DNA of 64,000 nucleotides from Candidatus Yanofskybacteria bacterium RIFCSPHIGHO2_01_FULL_44_24 (GCA_001794215.1 MGJK01000011.1:3170-67169); one strand, 5' to 3'; counted from the stretch's first letter, positions 47,295 to 56,278 are shown. Translations and numbers: made by a program. Notes: generated from the sequence alone by a model not told the origin.

Positions 47295-47879
47295 TTACTT
47301 TTTATCGTCGTTTTTTTTGTATTCTTCTCCCCGCACCACAATCAATCGCTCCAGATACAGTAACCCCTTTACTTTTTTATCGCCTTCTAATTTTTCGACG
47401 GCCGTTCTGAGTTTATCTATGTCAAAAGTAAATGAATCGGGCGTATCTACGTATACTAAATTGCCGCTCTGATCATACATAAAGTTATTAAAAAAACCGT
47501 CTAAGTTGGCGCCTGTTTCTGCATATATTTTATACCGTAGACCGTGGATCTCGGCATCCTTCTCTTTACCATCCTTAAAATATTCATTTTTTCTTCCCCG
47601 AACACCCGCCCTAACTCTTTTATTGATAGTGGCATTCGGATCTGAAAATGATCCGTGAATATCCCTTATATTATCCGGATATAAAAGATGCAGGATTTTA
47701 GACAGGTAGAACCGGCCTCGAGCTTGATTTGCTAAATATCTTTTGTCGTCATCTGTCTCTCCCTGGTATTCAAAAGCTCCGATGACTCTTTCGGGATTAT
47801 CTTTATCTTCGTATACTTTGCGCTCTCCCCCTTCTCCTAATTTCCTTCCTGTCTTGATTTTGAGCTTATCAATGCCCAT
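47295..47879 (-). CDS. hypothetical protein with kinase-like motifs (Gly-rich loop LGEGGERKVY; HGSFSDPN catalytic-loop-like)
   Basis: Resembles the APH/Kdo-kinase HGDxxxxN loop, but with Ser in place of Asp. Only 194 aa. Confidence 0.35.
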   Translation of the reverse strand: MGIDKLKIKTGRKLGEGGERKVYEDKDNPERVIGAFEYQGETDDDKRYLANQARGRFYLSKILHLLYPDNIRDIHGSFSDPNATINKRVRAGVRGRKNEYFKDGKEKDAEIHGLRYKIYAETGANLDGFFNNFMYDQSGNLVYVDTPDSFTFDIDKLRTAVEKLEGDKKVKGLLYLERLIVVRGEEYKKNDDKK

Positions 47880-47883
47880 TAGA

Positions 47884-48909
47884 TTAAATCTTAGGCGATT
47901 CTATTTTCCCGGCATCGGCGCTGTCGCCTATCTCAACGACATTCTTCACCCTATCCACCATAAGAGAAAGGCGTTTTTCTGAGTCATCATAAGCTGATTT
48001 GGAATCTGAGATATGCTTGCCGAGTTTTCTAAAGTTTTCCGATAATTTCTCTCCGTCAGTAGAAATCTGGGCTAAGCGCTTGATAATATCCTTGGTCTGC
48101 TTGCTGAACTGAACGTCTTTGAACCAATGCATAATGGCTGATATAGAAAGAGCAAAAGTATTGGGTGAAACCATGAAAACCTTCTTACTGCGGGCATAGT
48201 TGGGTATGTCGGCGTCCTTCACATTATTAATCAGCTCGTAATACACTGTCTCGGCCGGTATATACATAAGGGCCAGATCAGCCGTTCCTTCTGACGGCAG
48301 GATATACTTGGATGATATTTCATCGACTTTCTTTTTGACATCCGAGAAGAAGGCCTTACGAAAAACCTCTTTGTTTATTTCATTATCCGCGTTAACCATT
48401 TTCTCAAAATTTTCCCAGTTAAACTTGGCATCTATCGGTAAAATAATTCCATTCGGCAGTTTCAAAATTGCATCTACCGCCTCGCCCGATTTGAAATAAT
48501 ATTGTATTTCATATAAATCCTTCGCAAAGTACTGAGACAGCGCCGCCTCAAGAGACATTTCACCCCATATACCCCGAAGCTTGGGCGATTTAAAAATATT
48601 CTGAAAAGAGGAAACATCTCTGACGGATTCGTGAACACGCTTTAAATTTTCCTGAAGCATGGTGATCCCCTGAGTAAAACCGTGCACTTGCTGATGTACG
48701 CTCAGGGTGGCCCTTTCGGCCGCCTGGCGGTTTCTCTCAAGCTGTTCGTTGATAAGATTGGAGAATGAGTCGAGTCTTTGATGCAGGACGGCGTATTCAT
48801 TCACGTTTTCCTTTTTTCTCGATTTTAAAAGATAGTAGAGATTGATTACGAGAGTAACCAAAACCGCTCCGGAAACGATAATGGATAGGATTACGATGGG
48901 GTTAGTCAT
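47884..48909 (-). CDS. rmuC: DNA recombination protein RmuC
   Basis: N-terminal TM, coiled coil, and C-terminal PKLRGIWGE...LPNG..ILPIDAKF motifs of the RmuC family. Confidence 0.8.
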   Translation of the reverse strand: MTNPIVILSIIVSGAVLVTLVINLYYLLKSRKKENVNEYAVLHQRLDSFSNLINEQLERNRQAAERATLSVHQQVHGFTQGITMLQENLKRVHESVRDVSSFQNIFKSPKLRGIWGEMSLEAALSQYFAKDLYEIQYYFKSGEAVDAILKLPNGIILPIDAKFNWENFEKMVNADNEINKEVFRKAFFSDVKKKVDEISSKYILPSEGTADLALMYIPAETVYYELINNVKDADIPNYARSKKVFMVSPNTFALSISAIMHWFKDVQFSKQTKDIIKRLAQISTDGEKLSENFRKLGKHISDSKSAYDDSEKRLSLMVDRVKNVVEIGDSADAGKIESPKI

Positions 48910-49093
48910 GATTAGAGTATATAATATTATGTTGTTGCGGTTAAGGCAACCTGTCCGTTCGTTCGAAATTTGGGAACGGAGAGCTCATATCGCTACGATC
49001 GACAGGACCGCCCATTCCAAGCCTGTGGATTATATAAATAGACAGATCCCAATTAATATAGTAGAATTTAATCAAATAAACTAATTAACTAAC

Positions 49094-49465
49094 ATGTATA
49101 AATATATACGCGATCGTTTCGGTGTTGTACCCCTAATGGCCATCGGCTTAGTCATCGCCGTAGGTGGAGTCTTGATCCTCCAGAACAGTGTATCGGTTAG
49201 AGTTAATCTGGGCTCGGCCGAGTATGAATACTACGAAGGCGATGGCGCTCCTTGCGCAAAATTTTCCGATAATCCGTATTACTGTGGAGGTCAAAACATA
49301 GGCGATAAATGTACGTATGAGAGCGGGTGGCTTTGGTGGAAAAAGACTAACAGTGGTACCTGTCAGCAAGAGGACGGTAAACAAAATACTGACAGACAGC
49401 CAATTTGTTATTGCAAAACCGGTACGGAAGAAGATTCAGATTCAGGATACGATCTGTACGAATAG
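49094..49465 (+). CDS. membrane-anchored Cys-rich small protein (123 aa)
   Basis: N-terminal TM anchor followed by a domain with 8 Cys (CAKF..YYCGG..CTYE..CQQE..CYCK). Confidence 0.45.
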   Translation: MYKYIRDRFGVVPLMAIGLVIAVGGVLILQNSVSVRVNLGSAEYEYYEGDGAPCAKFSDNPYYCGGQNIGDKCTYESGWLWWKKTNSGTCQQEDGKQNTDRQPICYCKTGTEEDSDSGYDLYE

Positions 49466-49574
49466 CAGTCTCCTCTTATCAATTTAAAACACCCCTCGCG
49501 GGGTGTTTTAAATTGATTTTCCATCATCAATGTTTTAAAATATCGCAAGCACATTTATAACTGCGGGGTAATGA

Positions 49575-50192
49575 GTGAGGAGCGGTCGGACAGACAAAGA
49601 CCGCTTCTGGGCGGTCTTTGTAATCAATCTGATTATCTTCATAGCTGAACTGCTCGTCGGTCTTTATTCGGGAAGCCTGACGATGCTATCGGACAGCTTC
49701 CATCTTTCCATTCACGTCATAGCGTCGATAGTCGCCCTGATATCGGAGTATGGCTTTCTTGGCCTTCCGCAGGAGAAAACTAAGAAATGGTCAGCGGCAG
49801 TTAATATTTTTCTATTCTTCATTCTTGCCCTTGTTATCGGCAATGAGGCATGGGAAAGACTTCTCAACCCTAAGGCAGTCAACATAACAATAGTTTTCTT
49901 TTTGGTCGGTATCGCCGGATTATTGGCTAACTGGTATACAGTTAAGGTCTTAGAGAGCAGTCCCGATGAAGAATTCTCAGAAAATAGAGATATCCTATTT
50001 TGGGAAATGATTTATGACTACGTAAGCTCGATCATACTGATAGCCTGCGCCGTGATCATATATTTCACCGGCTGGTACATACTCGACCCGATCTTATCGA
50101 TCGTCCTCGCTCTGACGATGGTCTTTAAAGCAGTGCAGATGTCTTTGAGATTCCGCAGTATCCATCATGGACACGGTCCTCACCGCCACTGA
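49575..50192 (+). CDS. cation diffusion facilitator family transporter, short form (TM domain only)
   Basis: SLTMLSDSFHLSIHVIASI (HxxxD-type motif in TM2/TM5 pattern). Lacks the usual cytoplasmic C-terminal domain. Confidence 0.6.
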   Translation: MRSGRTDKDRFWAVFVINLIIFIAELLVGLYSGSLTMLSDSFHLSIHVIASIVALISEYGFLGLPQEKTKKWSAAVNIFLFFILALVIGNEAWERLLNPKAVNITIVFFLVGIAGLLANWYTVKVLESSPDEEFSENRDILFWEMIYDYVSSIILIACAVIIYFTGWYILDPILSIVLALTMVFKAVQMSLRFRSIHHGHGPHRH

Positions 50193-50218
50193 CAAAAACC
50201 TCGCAATCGCGAGGTTTT

Positions 50219-51562
50219 TTATCGGAGGCCGTTCACTATTTTTACAAATTGATCGTTCCGGTCGTACTCGTTACGGAAAAGCCTGCCGAAAGAAGCAAAG
50301 GCCGGACTGAAAAGAATGATATCCCCTCTTTCAGCCATGCCTATCGCCGATTTTATGCAATCTTTCAAATCCCGGCTCCGATGAACGGCTATATTTTTTA
50401 TTTTTAATACTTGGGGTTTTATTTTTTCCGTACCGCTGCCTTCAATCAATACTACGGCCCGGCATCTCTTTTTAACCTCGCTCAAAAGACCGGCCATGTT
50501 CAGCCCTTTATCGGATCCGCCCATGATTAAAACTATGTTCCTCGACCCTGTCAGGTCGAGAGCTTTGAGACCGGCGATAGTCGCCTCTGGAGTAGTGGAA
50601 TTATTATCATTGTATATCTTTATTCCGCGAACTGTATTCAGATATTCAAGCCGACCCGGGACACCCCGGAAATTTTCAACGGCTTTCCTGATTACTGCTT
50701 CTTTTATCCTTAAGGCTCTTCCGACTCCTATGGCTAAGGCGGCATTATCCCTGTTGTGCTCGCCCGGAATTTTTAACTTATAACTTTTCGGGGGATCTTG
50801 AGATGAAACGGCGATAATCCGGCTTTTAATCTTTCGCTTATAGAATTTTCTGATGACCGGTAGGAATTTTCTTTGGGTTACCAAAAAATCCTCCTTATCC
50901 TGATACTTAAAAACATTTGCCTTATCATTAAAGTACTTTTGCATACTGCCCCCGTAGTAATTGAGGTGATCCGGGAAAAAAGTGGTAAAAACTCCGACAT
51001 GGGGGCTGAGCTTCGAATCTCCGAATCCTTGAAGCTGCCAAGAATCCAATTCCAGGACGGCATAATCGCCGGGCTTAGCCTTCTTCAGCAACGGCAAGCT
51101 TGATCCACCTCGTATATTTCCGCCCACAAGCACCGGCCGGCCGGCCTGTTTTAATATACGGGATACGAGAAAGGTTACCGTGGACTTGCCTCTTGTTCCG
51201 GTAATGCCTATTACTTTGGCTCCCGACAGCTTAGCGAACAATGAGGCGTCCATTTCCACGGGAATCTTGTTTTTATGCGCTTCTTTTATATACGGTGAAT
51301 CAAGGGGCACTCCTGCCGCCTTTATAACCATGTCGCAATCTTTGAAATCCTTGAGATCGTGCCGGCCGAGAACATAACGGATGTTTTTGTATCTCTTTAG
51401 CTCCTGAAGACTTTGTTTTAATTCTCTATGGCTTTTAAGATCCGTAACCGTAAGTACGGCTCCGCAATCAGCCAAAAACTTAGCCACGCCGACTCCCCTG
51501 CCAAGAACTCCAAGACCCATCAGGGTTATTTTTTTATTTTTGAAATAAGACTTGTAACTCAT
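50219..51562 (-). CDS. murD: UDP-N-acetylmuramoylalanine--D-glutamate ligase
   Basis: N-terminal Rossmann (ITLMGLGVLGRGVG), Mur ligase P-loop GITGTRGKSTVT, C-terminal domain. Confidence 0.8.
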   Translation of the reverse strand: MSYKSYFKNKKITLMGLGVLGRGVGVAKFLADCGAVLTVTDLKSHRELKQSLQELKRYKNIRYVLGRHDLKDFKDCDMVIKAAGVPLDSPYIKEAHKNKIPVEMDASLFAKLSGAKVIGITGTRGKSTVTFLVSRILKQAGRPVLVGGNIRGGSSLPLLKKAKPGDYAVLELDSWQLQGFGDSKLSPHVGVFTTFFPDHLNYYGGSMQKYFNDKANVFKYQDKEDFLVTQRKFLPVIRKFYKRKIKSRIIAVSSQDPPKSYKLKIPGEHNRDNAALAIGVGRALRIKEAVIRKAVENFRGVPGRLEYLNTVRGIKIYNDNNSTTPEATIAGLKALDLTGSRNIVLIMGGSDKGLNMAGLLSEVKKRCRAVVLIEGSGTEKIKPQVLKIKNIAVHRSRDLKDCIKSAIGMAERGDIILFSPAFASFGRLFRNEYDRNDQFVKIVNGLR

Positions 51563-51590
51563 AGCTATTGGCGGAAATTAAAAGGCCGGA

Positions 51591-52199
51591 TTATTCCGGC
51601 ATAGCAAAAAATATATCCATATTTTGAGAGCGCATCTCTTTACCCATTAGAAATTGATGAATACGCATTTTAGTCAACTGACCCCTGTCATCAGTAAAGA
51701 AATCGCAAACTACTTTAATGTAATCGGGTAAATCCAATACTGTTATTGCATTACATTCTCCGGATCCTTCTGCCGGCAATGGCTGAATACTTTCTGCCCA
51801 CATAAGAGCAAGTCGAGGATCGTTGAATAGATATTTAGTGAATATCCCCAATCCATCATCATTATCTCCCTCGTATGGCTTATCACCTGTCAGTGTTTTA
51901 TAGTGTCTATTATCAAGATAGAAATCGATGGTTTTAAAATCTAAAAAGTCTTCTGCGTACTGAACTACTATCCTTTCTTCCCCTGGACTCCAAGGACTTT
52001 TATGTCGTAGTTCCATCTTAGCCGGAAAATAAGACATCCGATAGTACGCCGTACCAGAGCCTCTCGGATAATATTTTCCTGCTCCTTCACCGGTGAATTT
52101 TTTAATCATTAGATCTCTCAAAACATCGCCAAGCCTTACCCCCATCATACTCCTCCGCTTTTTAAGTTTGCTGAGATCAGTTAAACATAGCTGGCCCAA
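51591..52199 (-). CDS. hypothetical protein (202 aa)
   Basis: ORF only. No family recognised. Confidence 0.4.
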   Translation of the reverse strand: MGQLCLTDLSKLKKRRSMMGVRLGDVLRDLMIKKFTGEGAGKYYPRGSGTAYYRMSYFPAKMELRHKSPWSPGEERIVVQYAEDFLDFKTIDFYLDNRHYKTLTGDKPYEGDNDDGLGIFTKYLFNDPRLALMWAESIQPLPAEGSGECNAITVLDLPDYIKVVCDFFTDDRGQLTKMRIHQFLMGKEMRSQNMDIFFAMPE

Positions 52200-52212
52200 T
52201 TCCGCAAGACTA

Positions 52213-52494
52213 TTATCTTAACCTCAACGATCGTAGCCACCGAATAAAATAAGTAATACCAGAAACCACGATAAATGCTCCGAATAGATCTACGGCAAAG
52301 TTAGCTATGGAAAAAGACCGGCAAACTCCCCCATCAGGACAAAGTCCTCCATAAAAATAGAAGCCGAGAGGAAATCCCATGACCTGCGATCCATCATAAG
52401 CCGGGGCATCCGCAGTCATAAAATATGAGACAAATGAAGCGGTTAGAAAAAGTAAAACCGATAAAACAATATCTATTAAAACTTTTTTACTCAT
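52213..52494 (-). CDS. small membrane protein (93 aa)
   Basis: Two TM segments. Confidence 0.35.
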   Translation of the reverse strand: MSKKVLIDIVLSVLLFLTASFVSYFMTADAPAYDGSQVMGFPLGFYFYGGLCPDGGVCRSFSIANFAVDLFGAFIVVSGITYFIRWLRSLRLR

Positions 52495-52570
52495 TAGCTA
52501 TTCAAATAAATCTTAGTGGGTTCCGTCGATGCTAATTAGAACCAAGTTGTGCAGAAATTACTGAATTGGG

Positions 52571-52888
52571 CTATTCATTCTCTGAGCCAGCCCCACCTTT
52601 TTCCAACCGTTTTTCGTATTTAGCTAAAACTTTGTCAATTACTTCTTCCAAATCAACATTCAATGAATTTGCAATAGTAACCACAGAATATAGCAAATCA
52701 CCAAGTTCCGATTTCATCTCATCTTTAAATTCTGCCCTCTTTTTCCCATAATCCGTCATTTTAAGCATTTCTTTTGCAACTTCTCCAAGTTCTGATATGG
52801 CATCGAGAATTTTATACTCTGGAGCCGAATCAAGATTATGCTCTTTTGAAAATTCTTTTATTCTTTTTTGCAATTCTTGGATTGTCAT
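52571..52888 (-). CDS. MazG-like nucleotide pyrophosphohydrolase (small all-alpha NTP-PPase)
   Basis: EExxE/D-type motifs (ELGEVAKEM...ELGDLLYSVV). Confidence 0.75.
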   Translation of the reverse strand: MTIQELQKRIKEFSKEHNLDSAPEYKILDAISELGEVAKEMLKMTDYGKKRAEFKDEMKSELGDLLYSVVTIANSLNVDLEEVIDKVLAKYEKRLEKGGAGSENE

Positions 52889-52905
52889 AAATTATATATT
52901 TTATG

Positions 52906-52923
52906 GTAGATTTGGTGGACCCA
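52906..52923. repeat. 18-bp direct repeat of the tRNA-Ala 3' end (att-like left boundary)
   Basis: GTGGACCCAAGCGGACTC, identical to 55782-55799 inside tRNA-Ala. Confidence 0.7.
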
Positions 52924-53177
52924 AGCGGACTCCCTCCAAAGACGGACAAGCGAACCGCTCTGTCAATAAATAATGACGGGCCGCTTGTGGACCGTACCAG
53001 ATTCGAACCGCTGTCACAACTCTCGCAATCTTCCGATTGCTCGGTCGCGACCCCGTCTCATGGTATCACTCACCAAAAGCTCGTGATACATCATTACGAC
53101 TCTCAATTCTCTCAGAAAGCAAAGCAGTTTGCTTTCTTTCGTGGAATTGAGCCTCCTCATTGTCCCGATAGCAAGGG

Positions 53178-53273
53178 TGGTCTATTCTTGAAATAGTTCG
53201 GACGGTTTTCGCCGCCGCAGGCGGCGAAGAAAGCCCCCCGCGAAATTCCGAAATTGCGGCTCTGCCGCGCCGA
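53178..53273. repeat. IR-A left arm (96 bp, perfect inverted repeat of 54086-54180)
   Basis: Verified by hand reverse-complementation: GGTCTATTCTTGAAATAGTTCGGACGG...GCTCTGCCGCGCCGAT. Confidence 0.85.
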
Positions 53274-53372
53274 TGACAATTTCAAGTTTTTCTTTGGCGG
53301 CACAAATTCAATATGAATTTTAATCTAAAAACGCAAAAAATACAAAAAGAAAAAACTCCAGCAACAAGCAGG

Positions 53373-54008
53373 CTACTGGAGTGGGTGTCGGCGAATTTTT
53401 TCCGCCGCGGAAAGAACGTCGTTGGGAATTTCTACTTTTACAATATCGCCTTTCTTGGCGTACTCATTGAGTCTTTCAAGTTCACCGAGAAGTCGACTGA
53501 TTCGACGAGAAGTGAACCACTCTTTGGGCATTGGAAACGCACTACCGTAGACAGTAATTTCAGGAAATTGCTTTCGGAAAGTGGCGCACGACCTTCTCAA
53601 CAGAGGGGGCATGGCGCACAGGATTACCGATTTTGGATTTACTCCGGCATTGCGGCACGCAGACATTCCCAAAAGAACATTTTCGAGAGAGTTTGTAGAT
53701 TCTTTCTCAAGTATCAGGGCTTTTTTAGGAACACCATCGGATTCAATCAACGAAGCGTAAAATTCTGCTTCCGTTGCAAATCCATCTGGAATGGCATCTC
53801 TGCCTCTACCAGAGATGACAATGCGCGGTGCCTTACCTTTTTTCCAAAGTTCTGCGGCATGGTGTGCTACCTGCGGTTCGTAATGACCAAAAACAAAAAT
53901 GGTGTCAGATTGCGGCAAGTCTTTGGTTGGGACGCTTTCGGTCAGAAACTCGGTTACTGTGTCAACGAACGGCTGAATAGTTTTCAAGTCGGCCTCCTTT
54001 GTTTCCAT
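53373..54008 (-). CDS. DUF218 (YdcF/SanA-like) domain protein
   Basis: LILEKESTNSLENV matches the DUF218 LEdrSrnTyENa core. Flanked by the IR-A arms. Confidence 0.6.
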   Translation of the reverse strand: METKEADLKTIQPFVDTVTEFLTESVPTKDLPQSDTIFVFGHYEPQVAHHAAELWKKGKAPRIVISGRGRDAIPDGFATEAEFYASLIESDGVPKKALILEKESTNSLENVLLGMSACRNAGVNPKSVILCAMPPLLRRSCATFRKQFPEITVYGSAFPMPKEWFTSRRISRLLGELERLNEYAKKGDIVKVEIPNDVLSAAEKIRRHPLQ

Positions 54009-54085
54009 AGGATTAAAAATTTTCTTTTCCCAAAATTAAAATACAGTTCGAGCCGATATTTTTACAGGTTCTTTGGCAATTTTTA

Positions 54086-54180
54086 TCGGCGCGGCAGAGC
54101 CGCAATTTCGGAATTTCGCGGGGGGCTTTCTTCGCCGCCTGCGGCGGCGAAAACCGTCCGAACTATTTCAAGAATAGACC
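54086..54180. repeat. IR-A right arm
   Basis: Reverse complement is identical to 53178-53273. Confidence 0.85.
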
Positions 54181-54275
54181 ACATTTTAGAAAACCGCAAG
54201 TCATTGGAAGCCGCCTCGCTTTGCTCGGCGGCCAATTCGTATTGAATTTTGGGCGAAAAAATCAGTTGGCGATTA
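54179..54275. repeat. IR-B left arm (97 bp, perfect inverted repeat of 55689-55785), abutting IR-A
   Basis: CCACATTTTAGAAAACCGCAAGTCATTGGAAGCCGCCTCGCTTTGCTCGGCGGCCAATTCGTATTGAATTTTGGGCGAAAAAATCAGTTGGCGATT. Confidence 0.85.
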
Positions 54276-54312
54276 TGTATTTTTGGGAAAGAAAATTTTT
54301 AATCAAAACCAC

Positions 54313-55809
54313 ATGAAATACATACTTTACGCTCGCAAGAGCACCGAGGATGAAGACAGACAAATTTTAAGCATTGAGGCCCAAGTCTTTGAGTTAAAAG
54401 AATTTGCCGCCAAAGAAAAACTTGAAATTGTCGCCTCTTTTCAAGAGGCAAAAACTGCCAAAGAACCTGGGCGAATTAAATTCGCAGAAATGTTGTCATT
54501 GATTGAAAAGGGTAAGGCCGAGGGCATACTTTCATGGAATCCAGACAGATTGGCAAGAAACAGCGTTGACGGCGGAAGGATAATTCACATGATTGATCGC
54601 GGCTTGATTAAGTCATTGAAATTTCCAACGTTTTGGTTTGAACCGACACCACAGGGTCTATTTATGCTCCAAATTGCTTTTGGCCAAAGTAAATATTACG
54701 TGGATGCTTTACGCGAGAATGTAACGCGTGGAATGAGGCAAAAAGTGAGAAACGGCGTATGGCCAAGCAAAGCTCCGCTCGGCTATCTCAATAATCCGAA
54801 AACCAGAGGAATTGATATTGACAGAGAAAAAGCCCAGAAAGTTAAAAAGATTTTTGAACTTTACGCCACCGGAAGCTACAACTTGCGAGAATTGGCCGAG
54901 TGGTGCAAGCGAATAAATCTTAAAAGCAATTTGGAGTGGAACATCGCCATCTCTCAAGTCCATAAAATACTCCAAAATGTTTTCTACATTGGCTTAATGA
55001 AATACAAAGGTGAAATCTACGAAGCAACCCACGAGCCGTTAATTTTAAAGAAACTTTTTGATAAAGTGCAGGAAATTATGCGAGAGAAAGGAAAACCGCA
55101 AAAAGTGAAGAAACATAATTTTGCTTTTCTTGGCTTAATGAAATGTCCGTGTTCTGCTACGATAACCGCTGAAAAGAAAATCAAGCCAAGTGGCAAAGAA
55201 TATATTTACTATCGTTGCACAAAAAAGAAAGGACCTTGCCAAGAAAAGCACTTTTTGCGGCAGGAAGAACTATACACCCAAATCAAATCTTTTCTTCAAA
55301 AAGTTTCTTTGTCGAGCCACGACACCAAGAAGGTTTTATCTGAATTAGACAAAGAGGAATCACAAGCAAAAGAACAATCAAAAATCACTGTTCAAAATCT
55401 CAAGGCCAGTTTTTCTGAAATTGAAAAGAAGCTTGAAAAACTTCTCGATGTCTATTTGGCCGAAACTATTACCGCCGAAGAATACGTTTCGCGCAAAGAA
55501 AAATTGGTCAAACAAAAGGTCGGTCTGCAAGAGCAAATCCGAGATTTTGAACAGAAAGGCCTGTCGTGGCTCGAACCGGCTCGTGAGTTCGTTTTATCCT
55601 TAAATCAAGCCTCAAAACTGCTTGAATCAGAAAACAAAACAGAAATGACAACATTTCTCAAAAATATCGGCTCGAACTGCATTTTACAGAATCGCCAACT
55701 GATTTTTTCGCCCAAAATTCAATACGAATTGGCCGCCGAGCAAAGCGAGGCGGCTTCCAATGACTTGCGGTTTTCTAAAATGTGGACCCAAGCGGACTCG
55801 AACCGCTGA
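54313..55809 (+). CDS. large serine recombinase (resolvase/invertase catalytic domain, recombinase domain, zinc ribbon and coiled coil)
   Basis: N-terminal YARKSTEDEDRQ...SIEAQ catalytic region. CPCS...C..C zinc ribbon at about aa 290-320. Start set at MKYILY. The last 36 codons lie within the IR-B right arm. Confidence 0.8.
   Translation: MKYILYARKSTEDEDRQILSIEAQVFELKEFAAKEKLEIVASFQEAKTAKEPGRIKFAEMLSLIEKGKAEGILSWNPDRLARNSVDGGRIIHMIDRGLIKSLKFPTFWFEPTPQGLFMLQIAFGQSKYYVDALRENVTRGMRQKVRNGVWPSKAPLGYLNNPKTRGIDIDREKAQKVKKIFELYATGSYNLRELAEWCKRINLKSNLEWNIAISQVHKILQNVFYIGLMKYKGEIYEATHEPLILKKLFDKVQEIMREKGKPQKVKKHNFAFLGLMKCPCSATITAEKKIKPSGKEYIYYRCTKKKGPCQEKHFLRQEELYTQIKSFLQKVSLSSHDTKKVLSELDKEESQAKEQSKITVQNLKASFSEIEKKLEKLLDVYLAETITAEEYVSRKEKLVKQKVGLQEQIRDFEQKGLSWLEPAREFVLSLNQASKLLESENKTEMTTFLKNIGSNCILQNRQLIFSPKIQYELAAEQSEAASNDLRFSKMWTQADSNR
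55689..55785. repeat. IR-B right arm (overlaps the recombinase C-terminus and 3 nt of tRNA-Ala)
   Basis: Reverse complement is identical to 54179-54275. Confidence 0.85.
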
Positions 55810-55855
55810 CCCCCTCATTGCAAATGAGGTGCTCTACCAGCTGAGCTATGGGCCC
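55783..55855 (-). tRNA. tRNA-Ala (anticodon TGC)
   Basis: Minus strand GGGCCCATAGCTCAGCTGGTAGAGCACCTCATTTGCAATGAGGGGGTCAGCGGTTCGAGTCCGCTTGGGTCCA. Cloverleaf folds by hand. Confidence 0.9.
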
Positions 55856-55884
55856 ACCCTTGCTATCGAGGATCCTCGATTTCA
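55856..55884. repeat. direct repeat 1 containing the perfect 16-bp palindrome ATCGAGGATCCTCGAT
   Basis: GGCCCACCCTTGCTATCGAGGATCCTCGAT (including the tRNA 5' end). Repeated at 56243-56278. Confidence 0.7.
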
Positions 55885-55920
55885 CTATTATATTAAAATT
55901 GTAAATCGGGACAAACAAGG

Positions 55921-55948
55921 CGCTCTACCAGCTAAGCTAACGGCCCCT
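55921..55948 (-). pseudogene. tRNA 5'-half fragment (tRNA-Ala-like acceptor and D-arm only)
   Basis: Minus strand GGGGCCGTTAGCTTAGCTGGTAGAGCGC matches the tRNA-Ala 5' half, then diverges. Confidence 0.5.
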
Positions 55949-55960
55949 GCACCCAGAAAG

Positions 55961-56215
55961 CTATGCCAAAGAGTTTTTAATTCTTCGCTTTAGCTGGGTA
56001 TGTGCCTGCGAAAACCTTTTTAAGTTTTCTTCCCGATATTTGGCATCTTTCTCGGATTTATAATACTCGCAATATATCAACTCGTATGGACCCTTATTCT
56101 TGGTGGCTGTACTTTGGTTTTTATTATGTTCTGCTAATCTTCTCTCCAGGTTGGCAGTATAGCCTATATACAACGAGTTATCTTTGAGGCTTTTGATTAA
56201 ATATATACAGAACAT
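55961..56215 (-). CDS. GIY-YIG nuclease domain protein (84 aa)
   Basis: IYLIKSLKDNSLYIGYTANLERRLAEHN: GIY...YIG, R, E/H/N spacing. Confidence 0.75.
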   Translation of the reverse strand: MFCIYLIKSLKDNSLYIGYTANLERRLAEHNKNQSTATKNKGPYELIYCEYYKSEKDAKYREENLKRFSQAHTQLKRRIKNSLA

Positions 56216-56242
56216 AATATTAGCTTCCTGGGTGAGGGGCTA

Positions 56243-56278
56243 ACGGCCCATCATTATTTATCGAGGATCCTCGATCTG
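56243..56278. repeat. direct repeat 2 with the same 16-bp palindrome
   Basis: GGCCCATCATTATTTATCGAGGATCCTCGAT. Confidence 0.7.

Larger units (their letters stand above)
52924..55782. mobile_element. putative integrative element at tRNA-Ala carrying a large serine recombinase and a DUF218 gene
   Basis: Bounded by the 18-bp direct repeat of the tRNA 3' end. Contains two adjacent perfect inverted-repeat pairs and a tRNA-like remnant. Confidence 0.55.

Noticed and set aside
52924-53177. Possible intact tRNA at the left end of the recombinase element (CAGATTCGAACCGCTG resembles a T-arm)
   Set aside because: A cloverleaf cannot be completed because the T-stem halves are not complementary. It is treated as a degenerate tRNA fragment.
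53313-54245. 310-aa plus-strand ORF
   Set aside because: It runs antisense through the DUF218 gene and across the IR-A arms, and its composition is consistent with an antisense artefact.
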